DNA of 64,000 nt from NCBI GenBank assembly GCA_963809895.1, contig CAWELD010000003.1, positions 2,112,001 through 2,176,000 of the forward strand. Reading direction: 5' to 3'. The position numbers and the translations under genes are program-made. The notes below the pieces were generated by a model. That model was given only the letters and a program-made list of their open reading frames with translations, was not told the DNA's origin and ran no database searches. Numbering within the stretch: position 1 is the stretch's first letter; each line of letters opens with the position of its first letter. Source of the stretch: an uncultured Gemmatimonadales bacterium. GTDB taxonomy: Bacteria > Gemmatimonadota > Gemmatimonadetes > Longimicrobiales > Gaopeijiaceae. Below, piece after piece: positions 19,381 to 28,093 of the stretch.

Positions 19381-20742
19381 TCACGCATCGTGGACGTGGA
19401 CCGGACCGAGCTCCAGGGATTCCAGGGGCTCGCGCACCTGATCGGCGTCGCCCACGACGACGATGGTGAGCTCCGAAGGCCGCACGTGCCGGCGAAGGGC
19501 GGCGGTGGCGGCGGCGGGCGTGACGGCCCGGATCTCGTCGCGGTAGCGCGTCCAGGCGTCTTCCGGCAGCCGGTGCACGACCAGCTCGGCCACGCGCCCG
19601 GCGATCTGCTCGGTGGTCTCGAGACGCAGCGGGAAGACACCGGCCACGTAGTCGCGGGCCGCGTCCACCTCGGCTTCGGACGGGCCGTCGAGCACGTAGC
19701 GCTCCACCTCGCCCACGGCCTCGCGAACCGCGTCGGCGGTGACGCCGGTGTCCACGGCGGTGCGCACCGAGAAGGGGCCGGGGCCCCGCCGGAAGGCGAA
19801 CCCGGAGCGGACGCCGTAGGTGAAGCCCCGGGTCTCACGCAGGTTCAGGTTGAGGCGACTGGTGAAGGTCCCGCCCAGGATGGCGTTGGCCACCACCAGT
19901 GCCGGATAGTCCGGCGTGGACCGCGACACGGCGGGATGTCCGATACGGAGCTCACTCTGGACCGAGCCGGGCCGATGGATGACGTGCACGGTACGTTCCC
20001 GGAACCGGGGCCTGCCGGCGACCCCGGGCTCGACCGGCGGGGCGCCCTCCCACCCGGCGAATACGCTCCGGGCCCACGCTTCGACCTCGCCGTGCTCCAC
20101 GTCACCGGCCACCACCAGGCCGCCGCCCGACGGCCGGTAGTACGCCCGGGCGTAGTCCGCCAGCTCCGCGGCGGTACGGGGCGCGATCGAGGCCTCGGTG
20201 CCGCCCGAGGGCCGGCCGTACGGCTCGCCTTCGGCGTAGAAGAGCTCGGCGGCCTTGTCGCCGGCGAGGGCGGAGGGGTCCTTCGCCCGCTGACGGATGC
20301 GCGCCAGCGCCTGATCCCGGGCACGCTCCACTTCGCCCTCCGGGAACGCCGGCGCCAGCACCATCTCCGCCAGCAGGTCCAGACCTTCGGCGAAGTGGTC
20401 GGCGAGACAGGACAGGTAGGCGACGGTGGCGTCCCAGTTGGCGTGGACCGAGACGTCGGCCCCCACCGCCTCCAGGGCCTCGGCCAGGGCCGTGCCGCTG
20501 CGCTTGCGGGTGCCGCCTTCCAGGGCGTTGGCGGTGAGCACGGCGAGCCCGGCCCGGTCCGCCGACAGCGCCGCTTCGCCGGCGGGAAGCACCAGCGCCG
20601 CGGTCACCACGGGCAGGCGAGGCAACGACACCATCCGCACCGGCAGCCCGTTGTCCAGGGTGCGCAACTCGGCGGGGGGCACGTGGAAGGGCCGGAGCGC
20701 TCCGGGTGCCGGAGCCCGGGTGCGATCGAGTGCGGCGCTCAC
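19381..20742 (-). CDS. M16 family peptidase, non-catalytic subunit
   Basis: LDNGLPV and NAILGGTFTSRLNLNLRETRGFTYG motifs; no HxxEH. Confidence 0.9.
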   Translation of the reverse strand: MSAALDRTRAPAPGALRPFHVPPAELRTLDNGLPVRMVSLPRLPVVTAALVLPAGEAALSADRAGLAVLTANALEGGTRKRSGTALAEALEAVGADVSVHANWDATVAYLSCLADHFAEGLDLLAEMVLAPAFPEGEVERARDQALARIRQRAKDPSALAGDKAAELFYAEGEPYGRPSGGTEASIAPRTAAELADYARAYYRPSGGGLVVAGDVEHGEVEAWARSVFAGWEGAPPVEPGVAGRPRFRERTVHVIHRPGSVQSELRIGHPAVSRSTPDYPALVVANAILGGTFTSRLNLNLRETRGFTYGVRSGFAFRRGPGPFSVRTAVDTGVTADAVREAVGEVERYVLDGPSEAEVDAARDYVAGVFPLRLETTEQIAGRVAELVVHRLPEDAWTRYRDEIRAVTPAAATAALRRHVRPSELTIVVVGDADQVREPLESLELGPVHVHDA

Positions 20743-22037
20743 TGGTCCTCCTCCGGTACGTAGGTGACCACGGCCCGGTTGTCGGGCCCCAGGAAGTCGG
20801 CGGCGAAGCGGCGCACATCGGCAGTCTCCACCGCGCGGATCCGGGCCAGGGTCGAGTTCATTCGTTCCGGATCGTCGAAGAGCGTCGTGTACATGGACAC
20901 CAGGTCGGCCCGGTGATCGAGATGCTCCATGCCCCGCACCTCCCGGGCCTCGGCCAGCGTGCGCGCCCGCTCCACCTCGTCGTCGCCCACCCCGGCGAGC
21001 GCCTCCAGCTCTTCGCCGGCGGCGGCCTCGAGCTCCGCCGGATCCCCGTCCGGGTAGCCGGTGAGCCACACGAGCAGCGTGGACCCGCCGGTGACCAGGG
21101 GAAACGCGAAGCAGGACACGTCGCGGGCGAGGCGCTTCTCCCGCACCAGGACCCGGTACAGGCGGGAGCCCCGTCCCTGGCCCAGGATCTGCGCCGCCAG
21201 GTCCGCCGCGTCGAAGCGGTCGTCGGTGAACGGCGGAATGCGCAGACCCACGAGCACCCGGGGCAGCGGCACGTCCCGCTCCAACACGGTCCGGCGGGTG
21301 TCGCCGAGCACGGCGGGCACCGAGGTGCGTCCGGGCACGGGCGGGGGCTCCTCGCCCCCGGGCAGCGTTCCGAACCAGCGCTCGGCCAGCTCGAAGACCC
21401 GTTCGGGCTCGGCGTCGCCGGCCACCGTGAGCACGGCGTTGTTGGGCGCGTAGTAGGTGCGGAAGAAGTCCGAGACGTCCTCCAGCGACGCCGCGTCCAG
21501 ATCCTCCATGGAGCCGATGACCGTGTGGTGATACGGGTGATCCTCGGGCCAGGCCAGCTTCTGGAGGTGCTCGTCCCAGTCCCCGTAGGGCTGGTTGTCG
21601 TAGCGTTGGCGCTTCTCGTTCTTCACCACGTCACGCTGGTTGTCGAGCTTGTCCTGGGTCATGGCCTGCACCATGTAGCCCATGCGGTCCGACTCGAGCC
21701 ACAGCGCCAGTTCCAGGTGATGCGAGGGCAGCGTCTCGAAATAGTTGGTGCGGTCGAACCAGGTGGTGGCGTTCAGAGACCCACCGGCCCGCTCCACCAG
21801 CTCGAAGTGCCCGTTCTTGGGAACGTGCTCCGAGCCCTGGAACATCATGTGCTCGAACAGGTGGGCGAAGCCCGTGCGACCCGGACGCTCGTTCCGCGAG
21901 CCGACGGCGTACCAGAGGTTCACCGCCACCACCGGAAGCGAGGGATCGGGCGCCGCCACGACCCGCAGCCCGTTGTCCAGCGTGCGGCGGTGCAGCGCGA
22001 AGCCCAGATCGTGGTGCTTGCGGCTCGATGTGCTCAA
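20739..22037 (-). CDS. M16 family (pitrilysin) zinc peptidase, catalytic subunit
   Basis: GFAHLFEHMMFQGS (HxxEH), NATTWFDRTNY and WLESDRM motifs. Confidence 0.94.
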   Translation of the reverse strand: MSTSSRKHHDLGFALHRRTLDNGLRVVAAPDPSLPVVAVNLWYAVGSRNERPGRTGFAHLFEHMMFQGSEHVPKNGHFELVERAGGSLNATTWFDRTNYFETLPSHHLELALWLESDRMGYMVQAMTQDKLDNQRDVVKNEKRQRYDNQPYGDWDEHLQKLAWPEDHPYHHTVIGSMEDLDAASLEDVSDFFRTYYAPNNAVLTVAGDAEPERVFELAERWFGTLPGGEEPPPVPGRTSVPAVLGDTRRTVLERDVPLPRVLVGLRIPPFTDDRFDAADLAAQILGQGRGSRLYRVLVREKRLARDVSCFAFPLVTGGSTLLVWLTGYPDGDPAELEAAAGEELEALAGVGDDEVERARTLAEAREVRGMEHLDHRADLVSMYTTLFDDPERMNSTLARIRAVETADVRRFAADFLGPDNRAVVTYVPEEDQ

Positions 22038-22092
22038 CGTTCTCCTCGCGGTTTCGTCCGATGTCGTGGTGGGGCGCCTCTCCGGAGCCCGC

Positions 22093-22983
22093 TCAGGGCC
22101 GGGTGTACAGCCGCTCGCGGAAGGCCGAGGGAGCGAATTGGCTCTTCAGGAAGCGCGCGCAGGCATCGGCGCCCTCGGTGATGCGCTCCTCCACGCCTTC
22201 TGCCAGGAGCCGATCGGTGCCCTCGGCCACGAAGCGGCCCCGCTCCAGCATCTCCCACGCCTCGGTCTCGTGCTCCACGGCGCCCAGCGCCAGGGCCGCC
22301 AGAAGCTGGGCCTCGGTGTCCTCGTCGCGCAGCCGGGCACCGGCCTCCAGCTCCGCGGCGGCCTCTTCGGCCCGGCCGTCTTCCAGGAGGGCCAATCCCA
22401 GCACCACGCGGCTCCACCCGTCTTCGGGGTCGAGCTCGGCGGCACGGGCCAGCTCGGCGAGCCCGCGCCCCAGGTCGTCGTGCAGGATGTGGCCGACGCC
22501 GAGCTCGTACGCCACCACCGCGTCGTCGGGCTCCAGCTCCCGCGCGGCTTCCAGCTCCCTCAGCCCCTCCTGCACCATCCCCTCGCGCGTCAGATAGGCG
22601 CCGTACATCCAGCGGGCCAGGGCCACGTCGGGCCCGAGAAGCGCCGCGGCCCTCAGGGCGGTCTCGGCGTCGGGGTCGTCGAAGTTGGCCAGCGCCGTAC
22701 CCGCAGTCGCCAGCAGAAAGGGATCCTCCGGATCGGCCGCCACGCACTGCTTGAAACGCTCGTAGGCGATGCCGTCGAGGCCCAGCTCACGCTCGGCGAC
22801 CCCGAGCCAGCACAACACGAAGGGATCCCCGGGAAACGACTCCAGCCCCTCGCGCAGGACCGTGGCCATGCCGTCGAAGTCGCCGTCGTCACCCAGCCGG
22901 TGGGCCTCTTCGAGGAGGGCCTCCAGCCCGGCGGCATGGCGAGCGTCCATCCCGTTTCCGCTCGTATCGTCGCTCATGGACAT
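22093..22983 (-). CDS. Tetratricopeptide repeat protein
   Basis: Repeated helical units ending in 'P' (ADPEDP, LEPDD, LDPEDG); acidic. Confidence 0.8.
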   Translation of the reverse strand: MSMSDDTSGNGMDARHAAGLEALLEEAHRLGDDGDFDGMATVLREGLESFPGDPFVLCWLGVAERELGLDGIAYERFKQCVAADPEDPFLLATAGTALANFDDPDAETALRAAALLGPDVALARWMYGAYLTREGMVQEGLRELEAARELEPDDAVVAYELGVGHILHDDLGRGLAELARAAELDPEDGWSRVVLGLALLEDGRAEEAAAELEAGARLRDEDTEAQLLAALALGAVEHETEAWEMLERGRFVAEGTDRLLAEGVEERITEGADACARFLKSQFAPSAFRERLYTRP

Positions 22984-22989
22984 CCCCCG

Positions 22990-24204
22990 CTACGCGCCGT
23001 ACTTCACCAGCCGCCCCGCGTGCGCCAGGGCGAGGGGCATGAGGTGGGTGCCGTGGATGACACCCAGATCTCCCCCGCGGCACGCCGACTCACCGAACGT
23101 GGCCGCGGTGGGCCGCGCCCAGCCCGAGGCCACCAGGGTGGGCACGTGGTGCCAGGAGTGTTCGCGGTAGGTGGCGGGCGTCGAGTGGTCGCCGGTGACC
23201 ATGAGCACGTCGGGCTCCAGCGCGGTGACGCGCGGCAGCAGCGCGTCCACCTCTTCGATGGCGGCCACCTTGCCCTGGAAATCCCCGTCGTGGCCGCGGG
23301 TGTCGGTATCCTTGAAGTGGAGGAAATAGAAGTCGTAGCCGCCCCAGTGCCCTTCCAGCAGCGCCGCGGTCTCCGCGTTGCTCGAAGGGACGCCGTCGAC
23401 GGTCATGCCCACCATGCGCGCCACACCCCGGTACATGGGGTACTTGGCCATGGCCACGCCCTCGAGCCCGAAGCGGTCCAGGATGGAGGGGATGTGCTCG
23501 TAGCGGGCGAACCCCCGGGCGAGGAAGCCGTTCATGACCGGCTCGTCGGCCAGGATGTCCCGCACCTGAGCCAGGATGGCACGGACGACCTCGGCGGCGT
23601 GCTCCGAGCCCGGCTCGGTGGCGGCGCAGGGCAGATCGGGCACCCCCGTCTCCAGGGGATCGGTGTCGGTGAGGTCCGCGTCCAGTCCGTCGCCCCGGAT
23701 GCGCAGCACGACGCGGTGCTCCTTCTCCGGCACCAACTCGACCTCGGTACCGGCCGGTGCCTCCAGCGCAGCGCGGATCTTCTCCACCACCCGGCGGGCC
23801 TCGTCGTCGGAGGGCCGCCCCGCCCGCCGGTCGGCCACGTGGCCCTCGTCGTCGAAGGTGGCCAGGTTCAGCCGCGCCGCGATGTCACCGGGCGCCAGCT
23901 CCAGCCCCACGCCCAGGGCGCTGAGCGCCCCCCGGCCGATGACCCAGCGGGTCGGATCGTAGCCGAACAGCGACAGATGGCCCGGCCCGCTCCCCGGGGT
24001 GATGCCCGGCGCCACGGGCTCCATCATGCCCAACGACGCACGTGACGCCAGCGCGTCCAGGTTGGGCGTGCGCGCCGTTTCCAACTCGGTGGCGCCGGTG
24101 TCGGGGTGCGGCAGGCCGCCCAGCCCGTCCATGACCAGCAACACGATGCGGCCACGGCCGGGGGAACGGTCGACCTGATCTTCGGGAAGGACCACGCTGC
24201 TCAT
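22990..24204 (-). CDS. apgM: 2,3-bisphosphoglycerate-independent phosphoglycerate mutase (ApgM/AP superfamily)
   Basis: MDGLGG, TPNLD, PGSGPGHLSLFGYD, DTRGHDG, TGDHSTP and HSWHHVP motifs. Confidence 0.9.
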   Translation of the reverse strand: MSSVVLPEDQVDRSPGRGRIVLLVMDGLGGLPHPDTGATELETARTPNLDALASRASLGMMEPVAPGITPGSGPGHLSLFGYDPTRWVIGRGALSALGVGLELAPGDIAARLNLATFDDEGHVADRRAGRPSDDEARRVVEKIRAALEAPAGTEVELVPEKEHRVVLRIRGDGLDADLTDTDPLETGVPDLPCAATEPGSEHAAEVVRAILAQVRDILADEPVMNGFLARGFARYEHIPSILDRFGLEGVAMAKYPMYRGVARMVGMTVDGVPSSNAETAALLEGHWGGYDFYFLHFKDTDTRGHDGDFQGKVAAIEEVDALLPRVTALEPDVLMVTGDHSTPATYREHSWHHVPTLVASGWARPTAATFGESACRGGDLGVIHGTHLMPLALAHAGRLVKYGA

Positions 24205-24369
24205 GCTTCTGGCCTGTCCGAGGGGGGTGGAAGGGCCGGGACCCCGGGAATATGTCGGAAGCCGGCGTCGACCCCAAGGTGGGGGAGACCACGGAGCCGC
24301 CTTGCCCGGCGGTCGCCGTGCCGCCTACCATCGTCGTCGCATCCACCACCTCCATCCGCGGAGCCCCAC

Positions 24370-26112
24370 ATGATCCGCCGCGCATTCCTCGCCCTCACCG
24401 CGTCGTTGGCCCTGGCCGGCCCGGCGGCGGCCCAGGCCGGCACGCACTACGATGTGCTCCTCGCCGGCGGTCACGTCATGGACGGGACCGGCAATCCCTG
24501 GTTCCAGGCCGACGTGGGCATCCGTGACGGGCGCATCGTGGCGGTGGGACGTCTGGCGGGCGCCACGGCGGAGCGGACCATCGATGCGCACGGTCTGGTG
24601 GTGGCGCCGGGGTTCATCGACATGCACTCGCACGCCGACGACGGCAGCGCCCGCATCGGCGGCGCCACCATCCGCACCGACTCGCTGCGCCGCAAGGCCA
24701 TGCCCAACATCGTGGCCCAGGGCGTAACCACGGTGGTGGTGAACCAGGACGGGCGCTCGCCCTGGCCCATCTCCGGGCAGCGGGACCTGCTGCGCGAGCA
24801 GGGCACCGGGGGCAACGTCATGCTCATGGTGGGACACGGAGAGGTGCGTCGTCAGGTCATGGGCGACGACTATCAGCGGCCGGCCACCGACGACGAGATC
24901 CGCCGGATGCAGGCGCTGGTGCGGCAGGGGCTGGAAGAGGGCGCGGTGGGCCTGAGCGCCGGGCTCGAGTACGTCCCCGGCCGCTGGAGCACCACCGACG
25001 AGGTGGCGGCGCTGGCCGAAGAGCTGGTCCCCTTCGACGGGGTCTACATCAGCCACGAGCGCAGCGAGGGCGCCGATCCCATGTGGTACTGGCCCAGCCA
25101 GGACGACCCCGGCGCCCCCACGCTCCTGGACGCGGTCATGGAGACCATCGAGATCGGTCGCCACTCCGGCGCGAAGGTGGTGGCCTCGCACATCAAGGCC
25201 AAGGGTGCCCACTACTGGGGCTCCAGCCACGCCGCCATCCAGCTCATCGAGTCGGCCCGCGCCGAGGGCGTGCGGGTGTGGGCGGACCAGTATCCCTACC
25301 CCACCAGCGGCACCGACGGCAACACGGTGCTGGTGCCCGACTGGGCGCTGCGCGATCCTGGCGACCGGCGGCGCGAGGACCGCCGCCCGCCCGCCGAGGT
25401 GCTGCGCGAGAAGCTGGCGGACCCGGTCACCGCCGCCGAGGTCCGCCAGGACATCACCCACGAGATCCGCCGCCGGGGCGGGGCCGGACGGGTGGTGGTC
25501 TTCGAGTATCCCGACACGTCGTTGGTGGGCCTGTCGCTGGCGGAGGTGGCCGAGCGCTGGGAGCTGGACCCGGTGGAGACCGCCATCCAGCTCCAGCTCC
25601 GGGGCGATCCCCAGCGCCCGGGTGGTGGCCGCATGCGGGGGTTCTCCATGTCCGAGGACGACGTGGAGGCCTACGCCGCCCGGCCCTGGGTGGCCACGGC
25701 GTCGGACGGCGGGCTCGCCCACCCCGACGACGGCGGCTCGGTACATCCGCGCTACTACGGCACCTTCCCGCGCAAGATCGCCTGGTACGCCCGGGATCGG
25801 GGCGTGCTGTCCGTGGAGAACGCCGTGCGCTCCATGACCTCGCTGCCCGCCCTGCTCATGGGACTCCGGGACCGGGGTCTGATCCGGGAGGGCTTCGTGG
25901 CCGACGTCACGGTCTTCGACCTGGACGAGCTGGAAGACCGCGCCACCTTCTTCGAGCCGCACCAGTATCCGGCGGGCATCCGCTACGTCATGGTGGGCGG
26001 CCAGTTCGTGGTGGACGAGGGCGAGCTCACCTGGGCGCTCCCCGGACAGGTCATCACCGCGGACCAGCGGGGCTCGGCCGAGGCGGGACCGGTCATGCAG
26101 GAAGCGCGGTAG
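24370..26112 (+). CDS. Secreted N-acyl-D-amino-acid deacylase family amidohydrolase
   Basis: Signal peptide; APGFIDMHSH, GLEYVPG, DQYPY and HPRYYGTFPR motifs. Confidence 0.9.
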   Translation: MIRRAFLALTASLALAGPAAAQAGTHYDVLLAGGHVMDGTGNPWFQADVGIRDGRIVAVGRLAGATAERTIDAHGLVVAPGFIDMHSHADDGSARIGGATIRTDSLRRKAMPNIVAQGVTTVVVNQDGRSPWPISGQRDLLREQGTGGNVMLMVGHGEVRRQVMGDDYQRPATDDEIRRMQALVRQGLEEGAVGLSAGLEYVPGRWSTTDEVAALAEELVPFDGVYISHERSEGADPMWYWPSQDDPGAPTLLDAVMETIEIGRHSGAKVVASHIKAKGAHYWGSSHAAIQLIESARAEGVRVWADQYPYPTSGTDGNTVLVPDWALRDPGDRRREDRRPPAEVLREKLADPVTAAEVRQDITHEIRRRGGAGRVVVFEYPDTSLVGLSLAEVAERWELDPVETAIQLQLRGDPQRPGGGRMRGFSMSEDDVEAYAARPWVATASDGGLAHPDDGGSVHPRYYGTFPRKIAWYARDRGVLSVENAVRSMTSLPALLMGLRDRGLIREGFVADVTVFDLDELEDRATFFEPHQYPAGIRYVMVGGQFVVDEGELTWALPGQVITADQRGSAEAGPVMQEAR

Positions 26113-26136
26113 CTTCCCGCGGTGGGGGCCGGCGAC

Positions 26137-26997
26137 CTACGCCGTCCCCCCCTCTTCGCCCATGATCCCTTCCATGGCGGCCTCCAGCGCCCGACGCAGC
26201 TCGGCCGCGGTGGCACCCATGTGGAAGGCGGCCACCGCCACGGGCCGGAGCAGGCCCTCCAGCGCCTCCCGACGCTCCGAGCGCGAGGCATCGCTCCGGC
26301 CGGGCTCGGCCACCCGGGTACCCCGGGCGCCCTCGGTGACCACCACGCCCAGGCGCTCGAGCTCGGTGTAGGCCCGGGCCACCGTCCCGGGGGCGATGTC
26401 CAGCTCGTCGGCCAGGCGCCGCACCGGCGGCAGGCGCTCGCCGGGTGTCAGCGCGCCGGTGGCGACGCCCTCCCGCACGCGGGAGACGATCTGCTCGTAG
26501 ATGGACTCGGACGAGGTGTCGTCGATGCGAACGCGGAAGCGGCCCCGTGGCGGCTCGGCGCCCGCGACCCCGCGCAGCTCGAGCGTCAGGCTGCGGGCAG
26601 CCTCCGGCGTCACACCGAGCGTCCGCAGCACGTTGGCCGCGATGCCCTTCTCTTCTCGCAGGAGTCCCAGGAGAATGTGCTCCGTGCCTACGTGTGCCTG
26701 ATCGAGCTCCCGGGCGGCGGCCATGGCCAGCTCCAACACCTTCTTGGCCCGCGACGTGTAGGGAAGCTCGCCCAGGGCCGGGCCGGCTGAACCGCGCCGA
26801 ACCGCGGCCGCGACCCGCTTGCGCACCTCCTCGGGGTCCACACCCAGCCGGTCCAGCACCTCGTTACCCACGCCGCCGGCATCCAGCAGCCCGAGCAGCA
26901 TGTGCTCAGTTCCCACGTAGTCGTGCCGGAAGCGCACGGCCTCCTCTCTCGCCCGCGCCAGCGACAGCCGCACACGGTCCGTGAAGTTGTACTTCAT
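26137..26997 (-). CDS. Clp N-terminal double-repeat domain fused to a GntR (YtrA-type) transcriptional regulator
   Basis: FTDR..GTEHMLLGLL and YTSRAKKVLE..GTEHILLGLL repeats, then IYEQI..GERLPPVRRLA..TVARAYTELERLG; GAGGGG RBS. Confidence 0.9.
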   Translation of the reverse strand: MKYNFTDRVRLSLARAREEAVRFRHDYVGTEHMLLGLLDAGGVGNEVLDRLGVDPEEVRKRVAAAVRRGSAGPALGELPYTSRAKKVLELAMAAARELDQAHVGTEHILLGLLREEKGIAANVLRTLGVTPEAARSLTLELRGVAGAEPPRGRFRVRIDDTSSESIYEQIVSRVREGVATGALTPGERLPPVRRLADELDIAPGTVARAYTELERLGVVVTEGARGTRVAEPGRSDASRSERREALEGLLRPVAVAAFHMGATAAELRRALEAAMEGIMGEEGGTA

Positions 26998-27014
26998 CGA
27001 GCCCCCCTCAATCT

Positions 27015-27073
27015 TGTACCAGTCTTCTTGGAACATGACGATGCTGCGCTCTTGTGTCAACTACATTGATACA
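27015..27073 (-). promoter_or_regulatory. sigma70-type promoter overlapped by two palindromic YtrA-like operators
   Basis: Minus strand TTGACA-N17-CATGTT (27060-27032); operators TGTACCA-N7-TGGAACA (27015-27035) and TGTGTCA-N7-TGATACA (27053-27073). Confidence 0.75.
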
Positions 27074-27196
27074 AAGAGACCCTCCGCGGTGCTCCGCAGC
27101 TTGCTCCGCTGACGCTCTCCCACCCACCTTGCGGGGTTCCCGCGTCGTGGCCCGCCACGCTCTCGTTGACGTTCGAACATCCCGCTGGAGGCCTTC

Positions 27197-28081
27197 GTGA
27201 ACTGGTCCGAGATCCTCTCCGTCGCCGACCGGATCCTGCAGTACGAATTCCACATCGGGGGCCAGGCGGTAAGCGTCCTCGACCTGGTGATCTTCGTGGG
27301 CATCCTCATGCTCACCTGGATCGTGTCGAGGCTCATCCGCCGCGGGTTGCAGGGCGTCCTGGACCGGCGCGGGGTGGACGATCCCGGGACCGTGGCGGTG
27401 ACGACCCGGATTCTCCACTACGCGATCATGGCGGTGGGGCTCCTGACAGGGCTCTCGCAGATCGGCATCAACCTCTCCGCCCTGTTCGCCGCCGGCGCCG
27501 TGTTCGCCGTGGGGATCGGCTTCGCGCTGCAGACGCTGTCGGAGAACTTCGTCTCCGGCGTCATCCTCCTCATCGAGCGCTCCATCAAGCCCGGTGACAT
27601 CCTGGAGGTCAACGGCGAGGTCATCCGGGTGCAGCGCATGGGAATCCGCACCACCATCGGCCGCAACCGGGACGACGAGGAAATCATCATCCCCAACAGC
27701 ACACTGGTGAGCACCGCGGTCACCAACTACACGCTCCAGGACTCGATCATCCGGATCCGGGCCGCGGTGGGCGTGGCCTACGGATCCGACATGAAGCAGG
27801 TCATGGACGTGCTCCGGGAGATGGCCGATGGACTGGAGTGGCGGCTGGGCACCTACGATCCCGTCGTGCTCCTCACCGACTTCGCCTCGTCGTCGGTGAA
27901 CTTCGACGTGTCGGTCTGGATCGCGGACCCGTGGCGGGCGCCCCGGCGCCGCTCGGACCTCATGCACGGCGTCTGGAACGCCCTCGCCGATGCGGGCATC
28001 ACCATCGCCTTCCCGCAGGTGGACGTGCATTTCGACCGTCCCTTCGAGGAGGCGCTCGACCGCCTTCCCAAAGCGTCCTGA
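27197..28081 (+). CDS. Small-conductance mechanosensitive channel (MscS family)
   Basis: GIGFALQTLSENFVSG, IKPGD, IIIPNS, VGVAYGSD and GITIAFPQ motifs. Confidence 0.93.
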   Translation: MNWSEILSVADRILQYEFHIGGQAVSVLDLVIFVGILMLTWIVSRLIRRGLQGVLDRRGVDDPGTVAVTTRILHYAIMAVGLLTGLSQIGINLSALFAAGAVFAVGIGFALQTLSENFVSGVILLIERSIKPGDILEVNGEVIRVQRMGIRTTIGRNRDDEEIIIPNSTLVSTAVTNYTLQDSIIRIRAAVGVAYGSDMKQVMDVLREMADGLEWRLGTYDPVVLLTDFASSSVNFDVSVWIADPWRAPRRRSDLMHGVWNALADAGITIAFPQVDVHFDRPFEEALDRLPKAS

Positions 28082-28093
28082 GGAGCACCGGAC

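Noticed and set aside
19381..22037. Tandem M16 genes, one lacking HxxEH
   Set aside because: This is the well-known heterodimeric M16B arrangement and not novel.
26998..27060. Longer N-terminus for the Clp-GntR ORF (starts at 27060 or 27036)
   Set aside because: This region holds the promoter and operators; the ATG at 26997 has an RBS and matches the ClpC N-terminus.
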